A program made the position numbers and the translations under genes. A stretch of DNA of 64,000 bases from Isurus oxyrinchus. Its lineage: Eukaryota. The stretch lies in contig JANJGN010000052.1 in assembly GCA_026770705.1 (NCBI GenBank), positions 2,046,001 to 2,110,000 of the forward strand, given 5' to 3'. The notes beneath the pieces are model-generated. The model was not told where the DNA came from. It saw only the letters and a program-made list of their open reading frames with translations, and searched no databases. This document shows, piece after piece, positions 35,248-47,389 of this stretch; the first letter of the stretch is position 1; the number at the start of each line of letters is the position of its first letter.

Positions 35248-35364
35248 AAGAAAGATGAGAAGGATCTGGAAATGAAATCTAACCGCGGAGTCAATCCTGA
35301 TACAGATGATGATCTTTACGCAAACTGTACTTTTGCCAAGGATTCTGTTTATGGGAATTTATAA
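35248..35364 (+). CDS. Siglec B terminal exon KKDEKDLEMKSNRGVNPDTDDDLYANCTFAKDSVYGNL* (ITIM SVYGNL)
   Basis: Acceptor ttctgtttctattacag; phase 0; ends in an S-x-Y-x-x-L motif then a stop. Confidence 0.78.
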   Translation, partial: KKDEKDLEMKSNRGVNPDTDDDLYANCTFAKDSVYGNL

Positions 35365-36699
35365 ACTGAGCAAGAATGAGACACACACAGTGTGGGGAGA
35401 ATACAGAATGGGAGAATCATTCAAAACTCCAATTTACCTTCCTAATATCCACAGGTACTCACTCCCAGGAAATAGATTTAAACCTCTTGTTACAATCTGA
35501 TGGAATTTCTTCGGAATGATCTATCCAGGATGATTGTCTGTGGGTTTCAATTCGAACATCCTCCTTCAGAATTGTCCCTCACTGTTGGAAACATCCTTCT
35601 CTCCATTCTGATTGTAAATGTCTTTAGATATCGTTCGATGATGTACCAGGACAGAACGGACAAATTCAATCCCGTGTCCGTGATTAAGAGTTAATTTTCA
35701 TTCTGTTATTCACCTTCCTGTCTGTCAGTGTTTAGAATATTCATCAGCCAGTGCAGACTTCAGGAAATGCAGGATCGGTGGATAATTGGAACAGAGGAGA
35801 TTGGTAAAATTTACACCATTTTGTAGTCAAATGTATTTTCAGAAATATATTTGGATTTTACACTTCATTGTTAAACAGCGAAACGAACAACAATCTGGGA
35901 TACAATTTGATTGGAGATTTGAGAAATTCTCTGCAGCTTAGAAGATAACATGTGCTACAGTGCCACCAATGATGTGAGTTCATCAGTACAACGTGACATG
36001 TTTACATTGATATAGCCAATGAACATTGGAAATTATGATGTGAAAAATTGGTTGCAGGTTTATCTTCTTCAATATGTCATGGATGGATGAGACAGCTTTG
36101 ATAACAGAATGAGATAGAGCTGCAATAAACCACCATTTTAGTCCTTCACACTTGGAGAGTACATTTAGCATCCATCCTGAAGGCTGAGTGGATGGGTGGA
36201 CTGTGCGATGTGTTACAGATTACAGAGACCAACATCCTTGATCAGTATTCCGCTCTGTGTTTGATGAGATGCTTGGATCAAAGATTGGGAAAATAAATAA
36301 TCCTCCTGCATTGATCTATAACTGGTCTCTCCCTCTATCAGTGTCCTGAGGACAGAATTGGGTTCGATGTCCAAAATCAGACACATGCTTTGACTGCCCA
36401 TTGAATAGGAACAGGAGGAGGCCATTCAGCCCCCTCGAGCCTGCTACACAGGAACAAGAGAGCACCTGAAATAAAAACAGAAAATGCTGGAGAAACTGAG
36501 TAGGTCTGGCAGCATCTGTGCAGAGATAAACAGAATAATCATTTCGAGTCCGTATGACCCTTCTTCAGAGTCTATAAGCAAAAACTCTGTTTCTCTCTCC
36601 ACAGCTGCTGCCAGACCTGCTGAGTTAATGCAGCATTTTCTGTTTTTATTTCAGATTTACAGCATCTGCAGTATTTATTTTTAATGAGAGGAGGACATT

Positions 36700-37365
36700 C
36701 AGCACCTGAGCCTGTTACACAGGAACAGGAGGAGGCCCATTCAGCCTCCTTGGGCCTGTTACACAGGAACAGCAGGAGGCCCATTCAGCACCTGAGCCTG
36801 TTACACAGGAACAGGAGAAGGCCCATCAGCCTCATGAGCCTATTACACAGGAACAGGAAGAGGCCATTCAGTCTCTCAACACCCTTCAACAGGAACAGGA
36901 GAGACTCTCAGCCCCTCGAGCCTGTTACACAGGAAAAGGAGGAGTCCTATTCAGCCCCATAGAGCCTGTAACACAGGAACAAGAGGAGGCCATTCAGTCA
37001 CATTAGCCTGTTATCCAGGAACAGGACGAGCACATTCAGTCTCTCAACCCTCTTACACAGGAATAGGAAACCCATTCAGCCCCTTGAGCCTGTTACACAG
37101 GAAGAGGAGGAGGCCCATTCAGTCCCCTCGAGCCTGTTACACAGGAACAGGAGGAGGCCCATTCTGTCCCCTCGAGCCTGTTACACAGGAAGAGGAGGAG
37201 GCCCATTCACCCTCCTCGAGCCTGTTACACAGGAACAGGAGGAGGCCCATTCTGTCCCCTTGAGCCTGTTTCACAGGTACAGGAGACCCATTCAGCCTCC
37301 ACAAGCTTGTTACACAGGAACTTTAGGGGCTCCATTCAGCCACTCAAGCCTGTTCCACAAGAACA
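36700..37365 (+). repeat. ~41-bp tandem array, degenerate
   Basis: Same unit as 26625-27830. Confidence 0.9.
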
Positions 37366-37369
37366 GGAG

Positions 37370-38200
37370 CAAAAACAAAAATAGCTGGAAAAACTCAGCA
37401 GGTCTGACAGGATCTGCGGAGAGGAACACACTTGACGTTTTGGGTCTGTATGACTCTTCATCAGAACTAAGGGAATCGAGAAATGAGGTGACGTTTTAGC
37501 TGGTAGAGGGGGTGGGACAGGTAGAGCTGGATTGTGGGCCAGTGATAGGTGGAGGTAAAGAAGAGGTTGCCAAAGATGTGATAGACAAAAGGACAAAGGG
37601 GTGTTGACGGTGGTGATATTATCTGAGGAATGTGCTAATGGGGACATTAAGGGTAGAAAGCAGGACGAGCAAGAGACAGATAGTCCTAGTGGGGGTGGGG
37701 TGGGGGAAAGGATTGAAATAGGCTAAAAGGTAGAGATACAACAACAGATGTAAAACATTTAAAAATAATGGAAATAGGTGGGAAAAGAAAAATATATAAA
37801 TAAAATAAATATTAAAAATGATCAATTATTGGAAAAAGGGAGATTGGAAAGGGGGTGGGGATGGAGGAGCGAGTTCATGATCTGAAATTGTTGAACTCAA
37901 TATTCAGTCGGGAAGGCTGTAAAGTGCCAGGTCGGAAGATGAGGTGCTGTTCCTCCAGTTTGTGTTGGGCTTCACTGGAACAATGCAGCAGGCCAAGGAC
38001 GGACATGTGGGCATGAGAGCAGGGTGGGGTGTTAAAATGGCAAGCGACAGGGAGGTCTGGGTCATGCTTGTGGACAGACCGAAGGTGTTCATCAGAGCGA
38101 TCACCCAGTCTGTGTTTGGTCTGTCCCATGTAGAGGAGACCACATTGGGAGCAGTGAAGGCAGTAGATTAAATTGAGGGAAGTGCAAGTGAAATGCTGCT
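37370..38200 (-). mobile_element. Penelope-like retroelement 3' fragment (GIY-YIG endonuclease)
   Basis: YMGQTKHRLGDRSDEH...PVACHFN...LEEQHLIFRPGTLQPSRLNIEF; degenerate hammerhead motif at 37432-37466. Confidence 0.85.
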
Positions 38201-39045
38201 TCCAATGATGCTCCTAATGTACTCGAGCCTGGTACACAGGAACTGGGGAAGGCCAATTCAGCCCCTTTAGCCTTTTACACAGGAACAGGAGGAGGCCCAC
38301 TCAGCCCCTCGAGCCTATAACACAGGATCAGGAGGAGGCCCATTCAGCCCAAGCAGAGCGTGTGGGCAGTTCCTCTCCAGGCGAGCAGTCGGACAGGTCC
38401 TGGGTAAGTAACGGATCGATTGGAAATCACGGGGGGAGTTCTGAGGGCTCCTAATCCATTGTCCTGTCTTCTAAATCAGCACCTTAATACAGTGCGGCAC
38501 TCCCTCAGTACTGATCCTCCAACATTGCAGCACTCCCTGATTAATGTCCCTCTGACAGTGCAGCACTCCCTCAGTACTGACCCTCCAACAGTGCAGCACT
38601 CCCTGATTAATGACCCTCTGACAGTGCAGCACTCACTCAGTACTGACCCTCCAAAAGTGGAGATCTCCCTCAGTACTGACCTTACAATAGTGCAACACTC
38701 GCTCAGTAATGACCATCCGACAGTGCAGCACTTGCTCAGTACTGACACTGGGGAGTTTCAGTCTACTCTGTGGGGCAGACGTCCCCTGAATGGGGTCTTG
38801 AACCCCACAACATTCTGACCCCCTGAATTTGGCTGTGAAACCCACTGACCCACAGGAGAAATTCCTGGTCAATGACTGTCCACCTGTGAGCAGAAATATC
38901 ATCACAGGGTCAGGACACAAAGGGTTAACAGTTCACCAACATCTCAAAACATGAGCTGCTCTGTCACTTTGAACCAACTTCCTCATTTTGTCTCACAGAG
39001 ACACATCAGCCCTTTCTAATTAAATACACAGAGGGAGCAGCCTAA

Positions 39046-39258
39046 ATGGTCTATAGCCTTTCACTCCGAGGGTCACAGTCACAGGGATCAAAGATTCCGC
39101 CATCGTACCCGGCTGTCTGGAGACCTGAAAGATGGCGACTGTTCCCTGATTATAAACAACATCAGACGGGAAGATGCAGGACCTTATTTTTTTCAGAATA
39201 GAATTTGACAGCAGTAATAGTTACAGCTACTATCCTGTAACCCAGCTTCACGTTTCTG
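39046..39258 (+). pseudogene. Siglec C 5'-truncated, frameshifted V-set exon
   Basis: Starts mid-domain (WSIAFHSEG), fused to promoter sequence; T7 instead of T6 before the Arg codon; donor intact. Confidence 0.88.
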
Positions 39259-39729
39259 GTAAGTGCTGTGTTATAATTACTCAACAATTCACATTCAACA
39301 CTCAATGGGAAATAACACAAACTGTGACGTTTACATATTAACACAAAACACAGCTTATTATAACACACTGTCTGATTCTCAATAACCTGATGATAGCTTC
39401 CAGTTCAGTCCTAAAGCAACGTCTAATACTCACTTTAATATCAATGATGAAAAGCATTAACTGTATTATCAGGTTACCACACCCATCAATCTCTCCTGTC
39501 CTGTTTAAAAGTCTGACGTATCGATAAAAGAAAGATGTGCATTTCTGCAGCGCAATTTACCACCTCAGGAGGAGCCAAATCCCTTCACAGCCAATGAAAT
39601 TATTCCTGAATTGTAGTCACAGATGTTAAACACAGCAGGCAGTTTGTGCACAGCAAGATCCAACAAACCACAAGGTGATAAATCACCCAGATCACTGAGG
39701 AAATGAGAAGCCAGTGAACTCAAACCTTT

Positions 39730-39767
39730 GGTCTGATGAAGAGTCATACGGACTCGAAACGTTAACC
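39730..39767 (+). ncRNA. Minimal hammerhead ribozyme motif (Penelope-type)
   Basis: GGT-CTGATGA-A-GAGTC-atacg-GACTC-GAAAC-GTTA-ACC. Confidence 0.6.
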
Positions 39768-40116
39768 CTGTCTTCCTCTCCACTGATACTGTCAGACCTG
39801 CTGAGTCTTTCCAGCAATTTTTGTTTTGGTTACAGATTTCCAGCATCCGCAGTATTCTGCTTTTAACTCCAATCTCTGGTCTGAGCCTCTTCTCTCATCC
39901 AGTGTTCTCAATTCACATGTCTCGGAGTGAACGTGTATTAAGCTGAGAGACAGAAACACTACTGCCAAAGAGCAAGAAAATCTTTCCTGATCATTGTAAC
40001 CTCTCAGTTCTGATATCATCCTTGTAAAAGTGCTTTCTCTTGTGGGACTGTGATAACTATTTGAACTGGTGCTTCACGTTATATTTCTCTAAAAGGATCC
40101 ATTCTCTGTCTGTTAG

Positions 40117-40413
40117 ATTTCACAGATAAACCCACGATATTCCCTGCTGAAATTATTGCAGGAAAGCGTGTGGATGTAAGCTGCACCTTCAACGCAACGT
40201 GCAATGGAACAGCAGCACCTGTCTTAACCTGGGACACTCCCACTGACGTACCTGGATCAGTCTCAAACACTGTAACTCAGCATGGTGTCACTCTGACCTA
40301 TACTTCTGTTCTGACCCTGATCCCATCACTCAAACACCACGGACACAATCTCAGCTGCAGAGTGAGATATCCATCTGTTTCATCGGAGCGGACCCTCGTA
40401 CTAACTGTGCAAG
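40117..40413 (+). CDS. Siglec C C2-set domain 2 exon (open, but within a probable pseudogene)
   Basis: 297 nt, phase 1-1, ag/gt boundaries. Confidence 0.75.
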
Positions 40414-40738
40414 GTAAGAACGGACACTCTTCATTCTACATCAGCACTCCCTCAGCGCTGACCCTCTGACAGTGCAGCCCGTTCTCAGTATCCACATTCT
40501 CAGTAATCTCTAAGTGCTTCACAGTCGATAGAAGTTAATTGATCTTTATATGATTATTGCTGAATGAAGAGACAAGCTGTCTAAACTTTTCATCTCACAC
40601 ACAGTATTCTCCATGGCAACACCTCCACCTATCAGAGACCACTTGCCAACCAATCAGCACTCTCTTCCCATTAAGTATAAATTGTTGTTCACTTTCTGTT
40701 GGTAATCGTGCGAACGGGCTTCTTGATTCCTGCCCTGA

Positions 40739-40888
40739 GATCTTAACGTCCCAATGATTAGAACAAGTTCCAACAATGAGCTGTGGTTGGTGATTCCTCA
40801 CGTTACATCCAGGGACACTGGACACTATCAATGTGTTCAGAGAATGAACATGGAGCAGTGGAGGGGTTCATAACCATCACTGTGGAAC
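40739..40888 (+). pseudogene. Siglec C truncated and frameshifted third Ig exon
   Basis: Same 5' truncation as 17441-17592, plus a 1-nt deletion after the QCV codons. Confidence 0.85.
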
Positions 40889-42562
40889 GTGAGTGTACAC
40901 AGACTTCAACATCTCTCACAGATTCGAACACTACACAAACACCCTCAAACATACAGACCTAAATAGACACGTGTAGACACACATATATGACCACACACAA
41001 AGACACACTCACAAACAAACACACTGGCACAAGACTCCCTCATGGGTTACCTGACCTCCCTCAGTACTGCACTGGAGAGTGGGCTGAATTCTGGGATTCG
41101 TGTTCCCATTCATATTTATGGAAGAATATGGAAATTACTCGTACAAACACTCAGATGCATAGAGGCACTCGTAGATACTATCTGCTTCTCCAACTCTCTC
41201 TCTCTCCCTTTAAGGAGGTACCTGAAACCTAACCCTTTGACGAAGAACTAGTCCCAACTCCTCCTTATCTGATTCTGTGATTTTTTTTGTGTATCTGAGA
41301 TTAAAACAGAGGTGAAGAGGTTTAGTACGAGAATTCTTGCTGGTGAAAAGATTACATCGTGTTCTCACTATTTCCGTGCACATAATTCCCAATATGTCCA
41401 ATGCCCCTGTTTATAATGATGACTGCCTATGTAAACGTCACGCTGTAGTTACAGCCTTCCACCAGTGGTGGCATTGTAGCACTTAATCCTTGTGTTTCCC
41501 AGCTTTTCAAGCAAATCTACTTCCCAGTTTGCTCCACAAGCATTGAGATCATCAGAATTAAATTATTTCTCAAATGGTAGATTTGATAACTCATTTTATT
41601 GAAAACTTCCTCAGCGCCTCCCTGAAGGGTTACACTCTCTGGGAAGCAGGAATAGGCTGGATGTTGGGGACTTCATCTTTTCCCAGAGAGTAGGGATCCT
41701 CGGTAATGTGCTGTCAGTGGGTGTGGTGGTTGCTGATTCTCTGTCACCTTCAAGAGGGATCTGGAGTGGTTACTGACTGGGGGAGAGATAATGGAAGCAG
41801 AGAATGATACAGCACAGGAGGAGGCCATTCAGCCCATTGTGCCTGTGCCAGGTCTTTCAATGATCTATCCAATCAGATCCACTAACCACCACTCCACTTT
41901 GCCCCCATCTTCCTCCTTCAAGTGTTTATCCAATTTCCCTTTTGAAAGTTCCTATTGAATCTGCTTCCACCGCCCTTTCAGGCAGCACCTTCCAGATCAC
42001 AACAACTCGCTCTGTCAAAACAAATTCTCCTCATCTCCCCCTCCGGTTCATCAATCTGTGTCCCTCTGGTTACCGACCCTCCTGCCCCTTAAATACATCG
42101 ATACTGTTCACCTCAATCACTCACAGTGGGAGCGAGTTCCACATTCTCCCCTCTCTCTGGGTAAAGATTGGAACTGTTTATTAAGCGGGGGGTGTAAGTC
42201 CGTGGGGGAGTCCATCTCGAACCTGCCCGATTCGCACACGCGTCCGAGATGGATTTCCACGCTGCACTAAACGTTTCCAGAATTTTCTACAGCACAATCC
42301 TGTACACAGCGACGGAGAGAAACATTGGACAGGGAGTCCAACAGCACAATGATCCATTCTCACCAATGTTCCACGCTAAGGGGAAAGTTCCGATTGTCCA
42401 CTCTTAGAGTGTTTACAATGAAAACATTCATTCCACATTGAATCCCAGTGGATGGGTCAATATTACAGCAAATGTTGCAGTGATATGAAGCTTGATTGTT
42501 CAGCCAGAGTGAGAGATTGAAAGCGGAGAGTCAGTGATGATTTCTTTCTGTGTGTTCTCTAG

Positions 42563-42702
42563 ACAGTGGAGGAGAGATTCTGCACGTGATCCTGATCCTG
42601 GGAATACGAGCTGTGATATTCCTTGTGGCTGTGGTTATCACTATCGCTGGAGTCTGTGTCTGGGAGAGACAAACAGTGAAAGGAAGTCGACAGACTGTTT
42701 GA
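42563..42702 (+). CDS. Siglec C terminal Arg-TM exon with short tail
   Basis: Apparently identical to 15632-15771 on the opposite strand. Confidence 0.75.
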
Positions 42703-44134
42703 AGCTTTGTACAGCAACAATCTGGTTAGTCAGTGCGGACAAATAATGTGTGATGTTGTGTTAAGTTGTAATGAAACTGGTTAGTGTCCTGGTTAGAATC
42801 ACCTTCGTATCAGAGAGGCATTCCAGCACAGTGGGAGCCCATTCAGCCCATTGAGTCCATGCTGCCTCTCTGTAGAGCAATCCAGTCAGTCCCATTCCCC
42901 CGCTCTATCCCCGTATCCCTGTGAGTTTAGTTCCAAGTGTCCGTCCAATTTCCTTTTGAAATTGTTCATCGTCTCCACTTCCACCATCCTCGTAGGCAGC
43001 GAGTTCCAGCTCATTACCACTCGCTGTGTAAAAAAGTTCCTCCTCACATCCCCCTCTGCCCAAAACCTTCAATCTGTGTCCCCCAGTCCTTGTCCCATCA
43101 GCTAATGGCAACAGCTTCTCTTTGTCTGCCTTATCTAAACCCATCATCATCTTGTACACCTCGATCAGATCCCCCCTCAATCTCCTTTGCTCCAAGGAGA
43201 ACAACCCCAGCTTCTCCAACCCAACCTTGTAGCTAAAATCCCTCATCCCTGGACCCATTCTGCTCAATCTCCTCCCCACCCTCTCAAGGACCCTCACTTC
43301 CTTCCCAAAGTGAGGAGACCAGAACTGGACACAATACTCTAGTTGTGACCTAACCAGAGCTTTATAAATGTTCAGCATAACCTCCCTGTGTTTGTACTCA
43401 GTCCCTCGATTTATGAAAAGCTTATTCTTTCCATCAGCACAAACAGCAATTTCCAAGCGGACTCCCATCAGCAGACAGAGTGCAATGAAACATCGGCATG
43501 CCTGCTTCTTAATGTACGGAGAGAAACCTGGAACGAGAGATTCTCCTTCTTCTCCTCAGCAAGCTGAAACCTTTCCTTATACCTGGTGCTCCCCAGTCCT
43601 GCTGTGTGGACACATCATAACCACGGCATTGTCTGGCTGTGTGCAGCCAACATGGTCGAATAGGAATGAACAGAAATGTGCCGTTGCTAAACTCTGTTCT
43701 CTGATTGGAATGTGCTTTCTGAATGCTGCACCTTTTTCATGCTGCGATAGATTGTAAGAAGCATTTGGCTTATGAATAAAATTACATTGATTAACTCAAG
43801 TGATTAAAATGCTCAGCCTGTTCTGTAGATATTTATAGATTAAGATTCTTATTTTGCAGCCAAATTCTTGGCTCAAAGACATTACTTCATGTTGTCACAT
43901 TTTCTCCATCATATGAATTCCATTGCCCATCTTTATAATAGAAATTTCCAATGTAAACATGTCACATTGTAGTTGCACACTCCTGCCAGTGGTGGTGCCA
44001 TTCCAAAGCTGTCTTGCTGCACTGACACAGTGAGAATTATTCTTGACTTGTACATGATGTTGTTGTTACACAGACATCAGGCGGAATCTTGGGCAGTGCC
44101 TAGAATGCACTTAGGACATTGCGGACCACAATCA

Positions 44135-45150
44135 GAACTGACAGTGCAGCGTTTCCTCAGTGCTGACCCTCCGTCAGTGCAGCGCTCCCTCATTACTGTC
44201 CCTCTGACAGTGCTGCACAACCTCATTATTGACCCTTTTCAAGTGCAGCACCCCGTCAGCACTAACCTTCTGACAGTGCAGCATTCCCTCATGGCTGACA
44301 ATCTGACAGTGCAGCACTCCCTCAGTACTCACCCACCCACAGTACAGCACTCCCTCAGTACTGATTCTCTGACACTGTATCCCTCCCTCACTACTGACCT
44401 TCCGACAGTTCAGCACTCCCGCGGTACAGACTCTCTGACAGTGCAGCACTCCCTCAGTACTCAACCTCCCACAGTGCAGCACTCTATCAGTACTCCCACT
44501 GTGCTGCGCAAGTTGTTTCAATCAAGATTGGTGCCCAAAGAGGGAGGTTCCATTGCTACATCATTGAAATCAGTGAAAATTATTTTTAGGCTTACGGGAA
44601 CAAGACTTAGTTCCTCAAATCCTTTCTTTTGCAATAACACACAGTACAAGAATCTCTGTTTAAATAAATTCCAGTTAAACTTTGCCATGAAAGGATATCT
44701 GCTCTTACTCCGCTCTACCTCAGTATTAACCATCCCACAGTCCGGCACCCCCTCAATACTGAGCCTCCGACTGTGTGGAACTCACTCAGTACAGACACGC
44801 TGACTGTTCAGCACTCCCACATTACTGACCATCTGATAGTGCAGCACTCCCTCATCAGTGACCCTCTGACAGTGCAGCACTCCCACATTACTGACCCTCT
44901 GACAGTGCAGCACTCCCACATTACTGACCCTCTGACAGTGCAGCACTCCCTCACTACTGTCCCTCCTACATAGCAGCACTCCCTCATTACTGAACCTCTG
45001 ACAATGCAGCACTCCCACATTGCTCACCCTCTGATATTGCAGCACCCCCACATTACTGACCCTCTGCTAGTGCAGCACTCCCTCAGTACTGACCCTCCCA
45101 CAGTGCAGCACTCCCACAGTACTGTCCCACTGACAGTGCAGCACTCCCTC
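44135..45150 (-). repeat. 33-bp arrays (two blocks)
   Basis: cagtgcagcactccctcagtactgaccctc units at 44135-44500 and 44770-45150. Confidence 0.9.
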
Positions 45151-45374
45151 CGTAATGATAACAGGGATCGTTGAAATGAATCATAAGGCCAGAGACCTGT
45201 ATTGGGAACTCTTATCGCCTGAGTTTCAGCCTCCGAGGTGAGGGGGAGGAGTCTAATCCCACGGAGCCAATGGAGAAGCTTCATGACTATAGATGCCCAT
45301 ATATGAGCTGACAGATCATCAGATGGTAAACGTTTTGCTGAGAGCACAAAACATCCTCGATCTTCTCACTGGTT

Positions 45375-45518
45375 ACCCACTTCCTCATTTTGTCTCACAG
45401 TGACACATCCACCCTTTCTAATTAAACACACAGAGGGAGCAGCACAGGAAGAGGTCATTCAGCTCAAGCAGAGCATGTGGGCAGTTCCTCTCCAGACGAG
45501 CAGTCGGACGGGTCCTGG
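45375..45518 (+). promoter_or_regulatory. Siglec D promoter / non-coding exon 1
   Basis: cacttcctcatttt (PU.1/Spi motif in reverse), attaaa box, tcattc, donor ctgg|gtaagt. Confidence 0.62.
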
Positions 45519-45968
45519 GTAAGTAACGGAACGATTGGAATTCACATCCATGACCAACACCGTCCTTTGTTGATGTTGTGACTTTATAAAGACAGATTCC
45601 AATGATTCATGCATTTGAAAGATTTCTACTGATTATTGAGATCAGGGTGTGAGGCTCAAGTCTGTTGTACAGAACATCTTTCTAGCTCAAGGGATGAGGG
45701 AATTGCAGAGACATGAGCTTTGGGACGTCTTGAGGTGGTGAAAGGTGCAATAGAAATGCAAATCCTTCAATGTTTTTCTTTCTTAAAGCCTTGTAACTCT
45801 CTGCAGAGTACCTATCATCCCACAGAGAATTAAATTAGTCTGTCAAGACATTGTCCAAAAGCAGTTCTGATCTCTTGAGAGCTGTCGGACAAGAGGTGAG
45901 GTCTATTTAACTCCTTTCTCTTTCAGAGTTTGAGAGTCAGAAGCTAATGAAATATCTGGGAGTGGACA

Positions 45969-46008
45969 ATGATCGGGAAATCTTACTTCCTCCTGTCACT
46001 TCTCCAAG
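45969..46008 (+). CDS. Siglec D leader exon MIGKSYFLLSLLQ (exon 45927-46008)
   Basis: acaATG context; phase-1 donor CAAG|gtaat; joining to TT GGA CTA TCA CAA completes the signal peptide. Confidence 0.8.
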
Positions 46009-47389
46009 GTAATAACATCGTCAGCTTGGACAGATTTATGGTTAATAGTCTTTGTAAAAGATCATTCTTATTGAGCTGTGATTGGGAAACGATTCAGCAG
46101 TGAGCCAGTGTACAAACACACACCAAGTCCCATTCACCCATCACCCCTGTGCTCACTGATATTCACTGACTCCATGTCTGACAGCAGAATTGGAGGAGAG
46201 CAGAGATCTCAGAGGGTTTTAGGGTTGGAGGAGGTTACACAGATAGAGAGTGTAGAGGGGGGATGGTGTGGTAAGAAATCGATGATGAGAATTTGAAATT
46301 TGAGTCATTGCTGTACTGGGAGTCAGTGTAGGTCAGTGAGTGACAGGGAAGCGATCGGCTGAATAGAGAATCAGGGATAAAAACTGGGGGTTGAGGTCTA
46401 TCCCGATGCTAGGACACGGATAACAATGCCCTGAAATTTTGTGTCTTTTGCTGATTTTGTCAGAATTTCCCATGAAGACAACACAGCAGCTCCTAGAATA
46501 GACAGGCTGTTCAGTGTCACACTTCCTGTCCATTCTCACCTTGCGAGATACTTCAATAAGGGAGCAAGATAACTGAAAGAGAGAAGGAAGGTAAAGCTGT
46601 CTGTGTGTAAAACTATCAAATATTCTGAGTTATCATGATTGTCTCTGACCTGCTGCAGAGTTTAAATTTCACAGAATCTGAGCACTTTGCAGCTCAGAGA
46701 GAGACCATTGACTCACTGCCTGAAAGGGCGGTGGAAGCAGATTCAACAGGAACTTTCAGAAGGGGAACTAGATAAATACTTGAAGGTGACATTTTGCAGG
46801 GCTGTGGAGGAGAGAGCAGAGGTGAGAGTGGGACTAATTGGACAGATCTTTCAAAGGCCCAGCACAGGCTGGATGGACCAAATGGCTTCCTTCTGTTCCA
46901 GATCATTCTACAATCTGACAAATTAAGCCCCACATCAATAACTCTTCAGGCTCCCGCTGCAGGGATGGATCTTTGACAAGGACAGAGAACAAGAGGTTTC
47001 TGGTATCATTTTCATAATTCTTGACAATTACATAAATGTATAGATCTGTTGAATATTTAAGTCTCTAAAGCATAGAGGTAATCTGCTGTTACGCCCAGGT
47101 CTTGTGGTGGGAACCTTGTCTGGAGGTGTCTTTAATTGCTCACATTGATCTGTGGGATTGTCATTCTTTGATGTTGTCCCTGGTTTCAATTGGCATTTTA
47201 CCCTTGATGCAACTGGGGAGGCTTTAAACTAACATGGCAGGGGATGGGATCCCAAAAAGAGGTTGACCAAAGGGAGATGCACAGCCAAAATTAGAAGAGA
47301 GAGCAAATGAACCTGGAAGGCAGAGAAATTATTGGCAGAAGATAGAATGGCAAAGTTGGATTGCAATTATTTTAATGCAAGGAGTCTGA

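Noticed and set aside
45807-45895. Extra small exon before the leader
   Set aside because: Would leave a 31-nt intron, too short to splice with the leader exon
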